This document shows positions 63,374 to 64,000 of a stretch of 64,000 nt of DNA, one piece after another. Positions within the stretch are counted from its first letter, which is position 1. Every line of letters starts with the position of its first letter. The stretch lies in IMG/VR virus record IMGVR_UViG_3300032117_000008; one strand, 5' to 3'. The DNA is from an uncultured virus (IMG/VR IMGVR_UViG_3300032117_000008). Lineage: Duplodnaviria; Heunggongvirae; Uroviricota; Caudoviricetes. The notes below the pieces were generated by a model. The model worked only from the letters and a program-made list of their open reading frames with translations, made no database searches and was not told the DNA's origin. The translations under genes were made by a program, and so were the position numbers.

Positions 63374-64000
63374 TTCTCCACCTAATTGCTCTAGTTACAT
63401 TAGAATTTATTCGACCATCTTTAGCGTAATAATTCTGTTTAGATAACCAATTATTAAATTCTTCTTCGCTCATATTGATATATTTGTATTTGGTCTTTTT
63501 TCTTTGTTCAGATATTTTTTCTAACTTTTCTTTTGAACATGGTGCAGATAATCTATTTTTGGGATAATTTATTTTCATACCCGTCTTTTTTTCTCTCATT
63601 TTTTCTATACCTTTTAGTATAGTTTTTCTATCTGCACCGAAATAAGCCTTTCCAATCATATCAACTCGTTTTTTACCTTTTTTAGATTCAACGACTGCAG
63701 TTCTAGCCGATTCATATAGATAAGAATTATTGAAAATTTTTTGTCTATACGTATCACCTTTTCCATAAATCATCCAATGAAAAGCCATGGCCATTTTCCT
63801 AGTTTTTTCGTCTTCTGATCCATAACGTTTACGAAATATTTTCCATAAAAGTTTATGAGAAATGTAATGTTCTCTTAAAGTTAAAGGAACTACGAAATCA
63901 TTTGGACCATAAATTGACACGGGAAAAACATGATGATATTCGTATAATTTTCTGTCTATTTCTTTTCTATTTTTCGCTCTTCTTATAATTAAAATATATT
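63348..64000 (-). CDS. HNH homing endonuclease, 5' end outside the window
   Basis: YEYHHVFP...LTLREHYISHKLL; frame open to the window edge. Confidence 0.75.
   Translation of the reverse strand, partial: YILIIRRAKNRKEIDRKLYEYHHVFPVSIYGPNDFVVPLTLREHYISHKLLWKIFRKRYGSEDEKTRKMAMAFHWMIYGKGDTYRQKIFNNSYLYESARTAVVESKKGKKRVDMIGKAYFGADRKTILKGIEKMREKKTGMKINYPKNRLSAPCSKEKLEKISEQRKKTKYKYINMSEEEFNNWLSKQNYYAKDGRINSNVTRAIRWRNEHFRKFN

Overview
A 64-kb segment of a large AT-rich T4-like (myovirus-type) phage genome. The likely host is an alphaproteobacterium, because the tRNA-His lacks G-1 and has A73. The core genes are gp45, gp44, gp62, regA, rnh, nrdA/B, thyX, DNA ligase, gp61, gp41, uvsX and the C-terminal part of gp43, with TATAAATA late promoters and TTGACT-N17-TAnnnT promoters. 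There are 29 apparently intact tRNA genes covering all 20 amino acids, plus broken or degenerate tRNAs, several unexplained structured RNAs and about ten free-standing endonuclease genes. The most notable signals are: (1) a promoter-driven array of three stem-closed RNAs sharing an unpaired CAGCA motif, two of which carry tRNA anticodon-arm mimics, directly upstream of a DUF2828/TROVE-like vWA (Ro60-like) gene, a candidate new RNP system; (2) a TET/JBP oxygenase, aGPT-pyrophosphorylase-like, P-loop kinase and glycosyltransferase cluster in a ThyX phage; (3) a complete NDP-heptose pathway with a glycosyltransferase; (4) a late module of proteins with capsid-targeting-like N-termini, including a ligase-motif protein and a HAD phosphatase; (5) five endonuclease ORFs whose stop codons lie inside tRNA genes; (6) nrdA fractured by a split intein plus a GIY-YIG gene, and gp43 split without an intein. 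All family calls come from motif recognition by eye. No searches or folding programs were run.
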